Positions 9,245 to 17,276 of a stretch of 64,000 bases of DNA are shown here, piece by piece. Under the pieces are notes generated by a model. The model searched no databases, had not been told where the DNA came from, and worked only from the letters and a program-made list of their open reading frames with translations. The stretch lies in contig JBFIML010000023.1 in assembly GCA_041611735.1 (NCBI GenBank), positions 1 through 64,000 of the forward strand, read 5' to 3'. Source of the DNA: Myxococcota bacterium (lineage in GTDB: Bacteria; Myxococcota_A; UBA9160; PR03). The position numbers were made by a program, and so were the translations under genes. Position 1 is the first letter of the stretch. Each line of letters begins with the position of its first letter.

Positions 9245-10891
9245 CTAGACGTAGACGCCGCCCTTGTAGTCGAGATCCTGGCGGATCTTCACGTTCACGA
9301 GCGCCGGCTTCCCGGAGGCCGCGGCCCGCTCCAGGGCGGGACGGATCTCCTCGGGCCGCTCGCACCACTCCCCGTGGCCGCCCAAGGCCTCGACGACCTT
9401 GTCGTAGCGCGTATAGGCGAGCTGCGTCGCCACGAGCCGATCGCGTCCGTAGACGGCAGCCTGGGGCCGCATCATCTGGCCCCAAGCGGCGTCGTTGCCG
9501 AGCACGCCGAGAATCGGGAGCCCGAACCGCACCGCCGTGTCGTACTCGAAGCCGTTCAGGCCGAAGGAGCCGTCGCCATAGACGATCACCACGCGCTGCT
9601 TCGGATGGGCGATCTGCGCCGCGATCGCGAAGGGCATGCCCACCCCCAACGTGCCCAGCGGGCCGGGATCCATCCAGGCGCCCTCCCGCGGCACCGGCAG
9701 GACCTTGGAGGCTGTCGCCACGATGTCGCCCCCGTCTCCGATCACGATCGACTCGCCCAGCGACGGCAGCCAGTCGCGCACCTCCCGGCACATGCGCATC
9801 GGGTCGATCGGTACCTCGTCGCTGTTCAGGGAGGCCTCGACCTGCTTCTCCTCCTCCACCTCGATCTTGCGCAGTTCGTCGCGCCACGCGGAGAAGTCGA
9901 GGCGCAGGCCGGCATGCTTCATCTCCTCGAGGAGCAGCTCGAAGCTGTTGGCGAGGTTCCCGACCAGCCCGACGTCGGCGGCGCGGTTCTGTCCGATCAA
10001 GGTTGCATCCATTTCGAGCTGGACGATCCGGGCATCCGCCGGGATCGTCTGTCCGAAGCGGAGCCGGAAGTCGAGCACGGAGCCGGCCAGCACGATCAGG
10101 TCGATCTTCTTCATGGCCGTGCGACGCGAACGGTTGAGCAGCTGCGGGGAATCGGGGGGCACGCTGCCGCGACCCATGCCGTTCACGTAGGTCGGGATGC
10201 ACGTCTCATCGATGAAGGCGTTGAGCGCGGCGCTCGCCTGCGACCACTTGACGCTCGTCCCCGCCATGACCATGGACCGCTGGCTCTGCTGGAGCAGTTC
10301 GAGGGCCCGCCGCACGTCGACCCGGTCGGGTGCCACCCGCGGCGGGTCGGTGCGGATCGGCGGTACCGGTGCCTGCTCCCATTCCGAAGGGCTCATGAAC
10401 ACGTCCATGGGGATCTCGAGGAACGCCGGGCCGGGGATGCCGGACACCGCGTGTCGGATCGCCATCTCGATGTACTCGGGGATGCGATGGGTCTGGTAGA
10501 CGGCGTCCGCCCACTTGGTGATGGGTTTCATCACGCCGACGTGGTCCATCTCCTGGAGGGAGCCCCGACGGAGATTGGAGAAGGGTCCCTGTCCGCCGAT
10601 CACCAGGATCGGCGAGTTCGCCCGCCAGGCGTTCGCGACCCCGGTCACTCCGTCGGTCACGCCGGGTCCGGCCGTGATCACCGCGACGCCGATGCGGCCC
10701 GGGTTGCAGCGGGCCCAGGCGTCGGCCGCGTGGACCGCCGCCTGCTCGTGGCGGACGTCCACGATGCGGATGCCCTCGTCCACGCAGCCGTCGTAGATGG
10801 GCATGATGTGGCCGCCGGAGAGCGTGAAGATGCACTCGACGCCGGCCTGCTTGAGAGCGCGCGCCGCGAGCTTGCCGCCGTGGACGGGCAT
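9245..10891 (-). CDS. Thiamine-pyrophosphate-dependent enzyme (acetolactate synthase-like / 2-hydroxyacyl-CoA lyase family)
   Basis: RHEQAA, TAGPGVTDG, DPGPLGTLGVG and the TPP motif GDGSFG...ND. Confidence 0.85.
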   Translation of the reverse strand: MPVHGGKLAARALKQAGVECIFTLSGGHIMPIYDGCVDEGIRIVDVRHEQAAVHAADAWARCNPGRIGVAVITAGPGVTDGVTGVANAWRANSPILVIGGQGPFSNLRRGSLQEMDHVGVMKPITKWADAVYQTHRIPEYIEMAIRHAVSGIPGPAFLEIPMDVFMSPSEWEQAPVPPIRTDPPRVAPDRVDVRRALELLQQSQRSMVMAGTSVKWSQASAALNAFIDETCIPTYVNGMGRGSVPPDSPQLLNRSRRTAMKKIDLIVLAGSVLDFRLRFGQTIPADARIVQLEMDATLIGQNRAADVGLVGNLANSFELLLEEMKHAGLRLDFSAWRDELRKIEVEEEKQVEASLNSDEVPIDPMRMCREVRDWLPSLGESIVIGDGGDIVATASKVLPVPREGAWMDPGPLGTLGVGMPFAIAAQIAHPKQRVVIVYGDGSFGLNGFEYDTAVRFGLPILGVLGNDAAWGQMMRPQAAVYGRDRLVATQLAYTRYDKVVEALGGHGEWCERPEEIRPALERAAASGKPALVNVKIRQDLDYKGGVYV

Positions 10892-11015
10892 GGGGTCGCC
10901 TCCGCGATTGGATCGCGGGCGACGGTATCACGGCCGGGGGCGCTGCGCCCGGCGCGCGGACGGGCCGGGGAAGACCGCGTAGCGCCTTCCCCCGGCCCGT
11001 CGCGGACGCGACGTC

Positions 11016-11531
11016 CTAGCGGCTGACCCGGAACTCGACCCGGCGGTTCCAACGCCAGGCCGACTCATCGTGACCCTGCACCGCGGGCATGCTCTCGCCG
11101 AAGCTCACCGTCACGACGCGCCCGGACGGAACGCCCAGGTCCACGAGGTACCGCTTCGCCGCGTTGGCCCGCTTCTCGCCCAGCGCGAGGTTGTACTCCT
11201 CGCTGCCCCGCTCGTCGCAGTGGCCTTCGAGCGTGATGGTGCGCCAGTCGGCGTTGTTCTTGATGGCCTGGCCGTTGGCCTTCAGCACCGACCGCGCATC
11301 GTCGCGGATCACGTGACGATCGAAGTCGAAGTAGATCGTCTCGAGCTCCGCCGTACGCTCGGGCACCTCGGAACCCTCGAGACCCGACCCAGCTCCGAGG
11401 CCCTCCCGGAACTCGGCCGAGTCGCCCCCGGCCATCCCCGCCTCGTCCGGCGTGCTGGCGCAACCCGCCAGGCCGAGCGCCCACACCACACCGGCTGCGA
11501 GCATCAATCTTCCAATGCTCGTACGTGTCAT
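11016..11531 (-). CDS. pal: Peptidoglycan-associated lipoprotein
   Basis: Lipobox LAGC; IYFDFD, EGHCDERGSEEYNLALGEKRA and NRRVEF motifs. Confidence 0.85.
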   Translation of the reverse strand: MTRTSIGRLMLAAGVVWALGLAGCASTPDEAGMAGGDSAEFREGLGAGSGLEGSEVPERTAELETIYFDFDRHVIRDDARSVLKANGQAIKNNADWRTITLEGHCDERGSEEYNLALGEKRANAAKRYLVDLGVPSGRVVTVSFGESMPAVQGHDESAWRWNRRVEFRVSR

Positions 11532-11713
11532 GAGACCCCCCCCGGCCGCGGAATCGAGGCCGCCCCGCCGGGCTCCGCCTCCACGACCTTCGTGCAAGTG
11601 TGGAGACTCGGCGCGGGCGGCGCAAGACGCCGGGCGTGCGGCCTTCCGGCCGCATCGCTCTTTCGGCGGGAATCACCGTGGAGTTGAGGGGTGCAGCCGC
11701 GGCATCATGGGGT

Positions 11714-12376
11714 GTGGCCCGGGATCCGGTCTTTCCTGCAGGGGACCTGGCGGAGGGGGCGCCGCCGCCCGCCGCCGGCGCTGCCCTCCGTCGTGGCGAG
11801 CGATGCCTGGCGGCTGGCCTCGGCCTCGCCTGGCTGCTCCTGGCGGGGGGCACCGGTGCGGAAGGGAGTCCTGCGGCGCGGGCGGCCCTGGCGGTCTGCG
11901 GAGCGGGCGTGCTCGCCGGCCTCTGGCCTCGACTGGTGACCCCGGCCGGAGTCGCCCTCACCCTGATGGTCGCGACCCGGGAAGGACCGGCCGTGCCGGC
12001 GGCGCTCCTGCTGGCAGGCGCCGCCGCGGCCCGCTTCGTCCTCCACCTCGGCGAAGCGGGACGCTGGCTCGACCGCGTGCGCGGGCTCGAGATGGCACGC
12101 ACCCGGGCCCTGGCGGGGATGGAGCTGGCGCGAGCCCGTGCCCGCGGCACCGCGGGCGGCGAGGTGCGGGCCCGGGCCTTGCGCGAGGCCGGCGATCACT
12201 ACGAGCGAGCGGGACGGCTGCGGGGGGAGCTGGCCGCGCTCGGCGCCGACACCGGGCGCTCCGAGGCCTGGCTGCGGCGGCTCGCGACAGGCCTCGCGCA
12301 CCTGCTTTCGGTCTGGCCGGCCCTGCGCGACCGGGTCGAACGCGCCCTCGCGCCCGAGAACCCGACCCGCTCCTAG
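11714..12376 (+). CDS. Hypothetical membrane protein
   Basis: Open frame with 3-4 hydrophobic segments followed by a helical tail; fills the gap between pal and the next gene; start uncertain. Confidence 0.45.
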   Translation: MARDPVFPAGDLAEGAPPPAAGAALRRGERCLAAGLGLAWLLLAGGTGAEGSPAARAALAVCGAGVLAGLWPRLVTPAGVALTLMVATREGPAVPAALLLAGAAAARFVLHLGEAGRWLDRVRGLEMARTRALAGMELARARARGTAGGEVRARALREAGDHYERAGRLRGELAALGADTGRSEAWLRRLATGLAHLLSVWPALRDRVERALAPENPTRS

Positions 12377-12840
12377 TGGCCGCCCGGGCAGCCGAAGCGG
12401 ATCGCCTCCAGGGTGGCCTCCTCGAAGCTCTCCAGGTCCACGTAGCGGCGCGTGGGTAGGCCCTCGGCCGCCAGGGTGCGCAGGGACGGGGAGCAGCGGT
12501 CGCGGCCCGTCCCGACCTCGATCGCGCGGGCGATGCCCATGGCGTCGGAGCCCGGCTCGGCGTCGAAGCGACACACGACGCACTCGGGGCCCCGCACCTC
12601 CACGGCCAGATCGAAGACGATGGTGCGCACGCCCTCGGGCTCGCCGATCTCGGCGGCGAAGGCGCGCTCGACCCGACTCCAGGCCAGCAGGTAGTGCCGC
12701 GCGCCGCGGCGGTAGACCAGGCCTCGATCCGTCACCTTGGCCTCGGGCAGCAGGAGCGCCCGGTAACGGGAGGGGACCTCGTCGTCGCGGATCTTGGCTT
12801 GCGGGTCGAAGCGGAACGGCTCGAACACGCCGTCGCTCAT
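12373..12840 (-). CDS. Hypothetical protein
   Basis: Protein-like composition (MSDGVFEPFRFDPQ...) with a purine-rich RBS; no family recognised. Confidence 0.6.
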   Translation of the reverse strand: MSDGVFEPFRFDPQAKIRDDEVPSRYRALLLPEAKVTDRGLVYRRGARHYLLAWSRVERAFAAEIGEPEGVRTIVFDLAVEVRGPECVVCRFDAEPGSDAMGIARAIEVGTGRDRCSPSLRTLAAEGLPTRRYVDLESFEEATLEAIRFGCPGGH

Positions 12841-12934
12841 GGCCTTCCCCCCTGCTCGCATCCCGGGGAATCGGCCGACGAGGGGTCGGGCTTTACGCGC
12901 CCCGCCGCGGGCGGCTGGGATAGGATGGAGCGCC

Positions 12935-14563
12935 ATGCTCCCGACCCAACGCGGAAGCACCGTCTCGCCCCTGCGCAGCGAGCGCTCCTGCGTGCTGGCT
13001 GCACGCGGCATGGTCTGCGCCAGTGTCCCCGTCGCAGCCAGCGCCGGCGTCGAGATGCTGTGCCAGGGGGGCAATGCAGTAGACGCTGCGCTGGCCGCCG
13101 CCGCGACCCTGTGTGTGGTGGAGCCCATGCAGACCGGCCTCGGGGGCGACGCCTTCGCGCTGATCTGGTCCGCGGAGGAGGAGCGCCTGGTCGGACTGAA
13201 TGGGAGCGGGCGTGCGCCCGGCGCGGCGACGCTGGAGGAGTACCGTGCCCGCGGCCTCGGGGACATGCCCCAGCACGGGATCCTGGCGACCACCGTTCCG
13301 GGGGCGGTCCACGCCTGGGAGGCACTCTCTCGCCGCTTCGGGCGCCTGCCCCTCGCCCGCGTGCTCGAGCCTGCCATCCGCAGTGCCGCGGATGGCTTCG
13401 CGGTGACCGAGCTGGTGGCGCACTACTGGGACCTGACGCTGCGGCTCGGAGCCCTGCGCAACCAGGCGGCTCGGACCATCTGGGCGCCGGCTGGCCGGGC
13501 GCCACGGGCAGGCGAGGCGTTCCGCTGCCCTGCCCTGGCGCGCACGCTGCGGACCCTCGCCGCCGAGGGCGCCCACGCCTTCTACCGCGGTGAGCTGGCG
13601 GGAGCGATCGTCGCCAGCTCGCGTGCGGAGGGGGGTCTGCTCACGCGCGAGGACCTGGCCGCCCACGAGTCCACCTGGGTGGAGCCGATCTCGGGCTCCT
13701 ACCGCGACGTGGAGGTGGTCGAGCTGCCGCCGAACGGTCAGGGCCTCGCTGCGCTGGCCGCCCTCCACGTGCTGGAGTGCTTCGACCCCGTCCCGCCCAC
13801 GAGCGTCCTCGACTGGCACCACCGCATCGAAGCCGTGAAGCTCGCCCTCGCCGATCGGGACGCCCATCTGGCCGACCCGGAGCACGTACGGGTTCCGATG
13901 AAGGAGCTTCTCGACAAGGGTTACGCGCGCCGCCGCGCCGCCCTGGTGGGCGAACGCGCCCTGCCCGGCGCCCGTCCGGGTCTGGCCCCGGCCGACACCG
14001 TCTACCTGTGCGCGGCGGACGCGGAGGGCAACCTGGTTTCCTTCATCCAGAGCCTGTTCGGACCCTGGGGCTCGGGCATCGGGTGCGGCGACACGGGTGT
14101 CGTGCTCCAGAACCGGGGTGCCGGGTTCCGCCTGGAGCCGGGCCATCCCAATGCGCTCGCGCCGGGCAAGCGACCCCTGCACACCATCATCCCGGCGCTC
14201 CTGCTGCGCGACGGGCGTCCCTGGATGGCCTTCGGCGTGATGGGCGGCGACGTGCAGCCCCAGGCCCACCTGGCCTTCGTGAGCAACCTGGTGGACCACG
14301 GGCTGAACCCGCAGGAGGCCCTGGATCGGCCGCGCTTCCGCTGGCTGGGCGGTGCGGAGGTGGCTCTCGAGGCGCCCGGTCTCCCGGTGGACGAGGGGGG
14401 CTGCCTGGCGGACGCCCTCGCCGCCCGCGGCCACGTGGTCCAGGCGCCCGGGGAGGTCATGGCGGACCGCTTCGGGGGCGGCCAGGCCATCGCCCGGGGC
14501 GAGGCGGGCTGGATCGGCGCCAGCGACCGTCGCAAGGACGGCTGCGCCCTCGGCGTCGGCTAG
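12935..14563 (+). CDS. ggt: Gamma-glutamyltransferase family protein
   Basis: GGNAVDAA, GLGGDAF, TVPG, LPPNGQG, nucleophile DTVYL, LQNRG, PLHTIIP, GVMGG and SDRRKDG. Confidence 0.9.
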   Translation: MLPTQRGSTVSPLRSERSCVLAARGMVCASVPVAASAGVEMLCQGGNAVDAALAAAATLCVVEPMQTGLGGDAFALIWSAEEERLVGLNGSGRAPGAATLEEYRARGLGDMPQHGILATTVPGAVHAWEALSRRFGRLPLARVLEPAIRSAADGFAVTELVAHYWDLTLRLGALRNQAARTIWAPAGRAPRAGEAFRCPALARTLRTLAAEGAHAFYRGELAGAIVASSRAEGGLLTREDLAAHESTWVEPISGSYRDVEVVELPPNGQGLAALAALHVLECFDPVPPTSVLDWHHRIEAVKLALADRDAHLADPEHVRVPMKELLDKGYARRRAALVGERALPGARPGLAPADTVYLCAADAEGNLVSFIQSLFGPWGSGIGCGDTGVVLQNRGAGFRLEPGHPNALAPGKRPLHTIIPALLLRDGRPWMAFGVMGGDVQPQAHLAFVSNLVDHGLNPQEALDRPRFRWLGGAEVALEAPGLPVDEGGCLADALAARGHVVQAPGEVMADRFGGGQAIARGEAGWIGASDRRKDGCALGVG

Positions 14564-14597
14564 GACCCGACCCGGGACGGGCGCGCGAAGGGGCGGA

Positions 14598-15128
14598 CTA
14601 CTGGGCGGTCGGCTGCGGGGGCGTCCCCACCTGGATGCGGTTCTCGACCGCCGCCACGCCGGGTGTGGCCCGCGTGATCTCTGCCGCCCGCTCCCGGAGC
14701 TTTGCGTCGGGGACCTGCCCCGTCAGCGTCACCACACCCTTTTCCACCCGGGCGGCGACGGCCACGCGCTCGAGCTTCTCGTCCTTGAGGAGCCGGCTCT
14801 GCACTGCCCGGAACAGCGCCGCGTCGGTGGCGCGCAGGTCGATGCGAGTCTCCACCTCGGCCAGCTTCTTCTCCGCCCCGCGCAGCTGCTTGCGCGCCTC
14901 CTCGAGCTCCTGCTCCGCCACCTCCAGGGCCTGCTTGCGGCTCTCGACCCGCTCCTGCGCCTCCTGCACCTCGGCCCGGGCGTCGGTCAGGGCCCGGCCG
15001 GCGGCCTCGAGCTTCGCCTCCGGGTCGGCATCGCCACAGGCCAGGGCCGCCAGCAGCACGAGCGCCAAGGCCGGGGCGGCGGCCCGGCGCTGCCAGCCGG
15101 GAACTCGGGGGGTGGGGAAGCGCATCAT
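14598..15128 (-). CDS. BON-domain lipoprotein with coiled coil
   Basis: Lipobox ALAC, coiled-coil segment, BON motif GVVTLTGQV...TPGVAAVENRI. Confidence 0.85.
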   Translation of the reverse strand: MMRFPTPRVPGWQRRAAAPALALVLLAALACGDADPEAKLEAAGRALTDARAEVQEAQERVESRKQALEVAEQELEEARKQLRGAEKKLAEVETRIDLRATDAALFRAVQSRLLKDEKLERVAVAARVEKGVVTLTGQVPDAKLRERAAEITRATPGVAAVENRIQVGTPPQPTAQ

Positions 15129-15197
15129 CGTCCTCCGCGTCGTCGGGGTGGACCCTCGTAGCGCCGCTCCTTCCGCGGAAGGCCGACGCATGCGGCG

Positions 15198-15920
15198 CTA
15201 CGAGCCGAACACGCGCTGCAAGAGCTCCGTCGTACGCGCGGCGGGGTCCGTGCGAATGCGCTGCTCCTCTTCCGCCAGCACCTGGAAGAGACCCTCGAGC
15301 CCCCGCTCGGTCACGTAGCTGCGCAGGTCGAGGGACGGTTTGCGGGCGAAGGGCAACGACGCGTAGTGCGCCACCAGGCCCTCGTAGAGCTGCACCAGAC
15401 CGACCTCCTGCATCTTCTGCCCCACGATCGGCTCGAAGCGACGCCTCAGCTCGTCGGAGGTCGTACGGCGGAAGTAGTCGGTGGCGGCGGTGTCGCCACC
15501 CCGCAGGATCCCGCGGGCGTCGGCGAAACTCATCTGCCCGATGGCGCTCACGAACACGTCCGTGGCTTCGCCCGCAGCCCGTTCGGCGGCGCGATTCATG
15601 GCGACCTCGAGCTCGTCGACCTGCCCCCCGAAGCCCACGGTGCGCAGCGCCTTCCCCATGGGTTCGAGCCCCTTGGGCAGGGGGATGCGAATGGCAGGGT
15701 TGCCGAGGAAGCCGTCGGCGCGGGAGGTCAGGGCCACGGCGTTGCGGCTGCCGACCTCCAGGGCCTGCTTCAGGCCGGCCACGACGGTGGATTCGTCGAG
15801 GCCTCGGGACGGGAGCGCAGGCAGCAGCCCGCCCAGCGAGCCCCCGCCCCCGCAAGCCGCCACCAGGAGGGCGGCCGCGAGCAGCACGCCGCCCGGCCGC
15901 CGCCGCGGCGGCGCCGCCAT
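15198..15920 (-). CDS. DUF4197-domain lipoprotein
   Basis: Lipobox VAAC; GLKQAL, IRIPLP, MNRAAE, AATDYF and EEQRIRTDPAARTTELLQRVFG. Confidence 0.85.
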   Translation of the reverse strand: MAAPPRRRPGGVLLAAALLVAACGGGGSLGGLLPALPSRGLDESTVVAGLKQALEVGSRNAVALTSRADGFLGNPAIRIPLPKGLEPMGKALRTVGFGGQVDELEVAMNRAAERAAGEATDVFVSAIGQMSFADARGILRGGDTAATDYFRRTTSDELRRRFEPIVGQKMQEVGLVQLYEGLVAHYASLPFARKPSLDLRSYVTERGLEGLFQVLAEEEQRIRTDPAARTTELLQRVFGS

Positions 15921-15931
15921 CGGGACGCGTG

Positions 15932-16369
15932 TCACGCCGGAACCGCCGCAGTGCAGAACCTGCAACGGCGCGCCTGGATGGGGATCTCCGACAAGCACTC
16001 CGGGCACTTGCGCTCGGTGGGAGCCGGGGCCTCGTCCTGCTGGCGGCGCAGGCGCTCCACCAGGCGAACCACCATGAAGATGGCGAACGCGATGATCAGG
16101 AAATCGATCAGGAAGTTCAGGAACTGGCCCCAGGCGATCACCGGCGCGCCCGCCTCGCGCGCTGCGGCCAGGCTGTCTTGCGGTGTTCCGGAGAGGTTGA
16201 TGAAGAGGTTCGAGAAGTCCACGCCCCCGAGCAGGAGCCCGATGGGCGGCATCAAGACGTCGTTCACGAACGAGCTCACGATCTTTCCGAAGGCGCCGCC
16301 GATCACGATGCCGACGGCCATGTCGAGGACGTTGCCCCGCATGACGAAGGCTTTGAAGTCGTCCCACAC
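15932..16369 (-). CDS. mscL: Large-conductance mechanosensitive channel with C-terminal zinc-ribbon motif
   Basis: [27 protein letters not shown]...MPPIG; C-terminal CPEC-X10-CRFC. Confidence 0.92.
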   Translation of the reverse strand: MWDDFKAFVMRGNVLDMAVGIVIGGAFGKIVSSFVNDVLMPPIGLLLGGVDFSNLFINLSGTPQDSLAAAREAGAPVIAWGQFLNFLIDFLIIAFAIFMVVRLVERLRRQQDEAPAPTERKCPECLSEIPIQARRCRFCTAAVPA

Positions 16370-16390
16370 CACCGGATCCCTCAAATAGAG

Positions 16391-16419
16391 GCCCCGGGGC
16401 CCGCACAGGGCCCCGGGGC
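16391..16419 (-). terminator. GC-rich hairpin between ompA and mscL (possible terminator or mRNA-stabilising stem)
   Basis: Perfect 12-bp inverted repeat GCCCCGGGGCCC/GGGCCCCGGGGC with a 5-nt loop, followed on the minus strand by CTCTATTT. Confidence 0.55.
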
Positions 16420-16440
16420 AAATTGGCGGGTCCGCGAAGG

Positions 16441-17115
16441 TCAGTTCCGGACCTTGAGCTCCACGCGGCGGTTCAACGCCCGCCCGTCGCGGCTGCCGTT
16501 GTCGGCGATCGGCTGCGACTCACCGTAGCCCGCCGTGCTGAGGCGGCTGGCTTCGACACCGCGCTCCACCAGGAAGCGCTTCACCGCCGCGGCCCGACGC
16601 TCCGAGAGACCCTGGTTGTAGGCCTCGGGACCCGTCGCATCCGTGTGGCCCTCGACTCCCACCGGCAGACCCGGGTTCTCCTTGAGGATGCGGGCCGCCT
16701 CGTCGAGGATCACGGCCGCGTCGGACCGGATCGTCGCCTTGTCGAAGTCGAAGTTGACGCCGCGCAGGATGATGCGCTCCTTGACCTCCGGCATGGGCGG
16801 CGGAGGCGGCGGAGGAGGAGGCGGCGGCGGAGGCGGCGGCGGGGGCGGGGGCGGCGGCGGCGGCGCCTCGTCCTTCTGGAGCAGCCAGCACAGGCCGTAG
16901 CCCAGGGCTCCCCCGAGGATCAGGCCGCCGGCCCCACCGGCTGCGGCCTCGTCGATGTCGTCTCCGCTGTCGTGGGCGGCCCCGGCAGCCGCTCCCCCGG
17001 CACCGCCCAGCAGGCCACCGATGGCGGCGCATACGGCCGGGCTCGGACCGCGAGCGGCGCAGGCCGAAACGAATGCAGCCAGAACGAGAACGCCTACCAG
17101 ACGAACGGCACGCAC
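16441..17115 (-). CDS. OmpA-family lipoprotein with glycine zipper and polyproline linker
   Basis: Lipobox VSAC, glycine-zipper segment, run of 23 Pro, then [19 protein letters not shown] and NRRVEL. Confidence 0.9.
   Translation of the reverse strand: MRAVRLVGVLVLAAFVSACAARGPSPAVCAAIGGLLGGAGGAAAGAAHDSGDDIDEAAAGGAGGLILGGALGYGLCWLLQKDEAPPPPPPPPPPPPPPPPPPPPPPPMPEVKERIILRGVNFDFDKATIRSDAAVILDEAARILKENPGLPVGVEGHTDATGPEAYNQGLSERRAAAVKRFLVERGVEASRLSTAGYGESQPIADNGSRDGRALNRRVELKVRN
16795..16863 (-). repeat. CCN trinucleotide repeat encoding 23 consecutive prolines
   Basis: Uninterrupted NGG triplets on the + strand. Confidence 0.9.
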
Positions 17116-17276
17116 GAGTTTCCTCCCACGAAGACTAGCCGTCGGCTAGATAGCACGGAGGCCCCGGGGGCACCACGAAAAAACGACAGGCGCGCCGTGC
17201 CGGCCCGTGCCAGAATCTGGAGTCCCGCGCTCGCGGGGTGATTTCCCAACAGCAGCCGGGAGCGGAGGGGCGATCG

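Noticed and set aside
16388-17170. GAGGCCCCGGGG occurring upstream of both mscL and ompA
   Set aside because: Short and nearly all G/C, so plausible by chance; one copy is part of a hairpin
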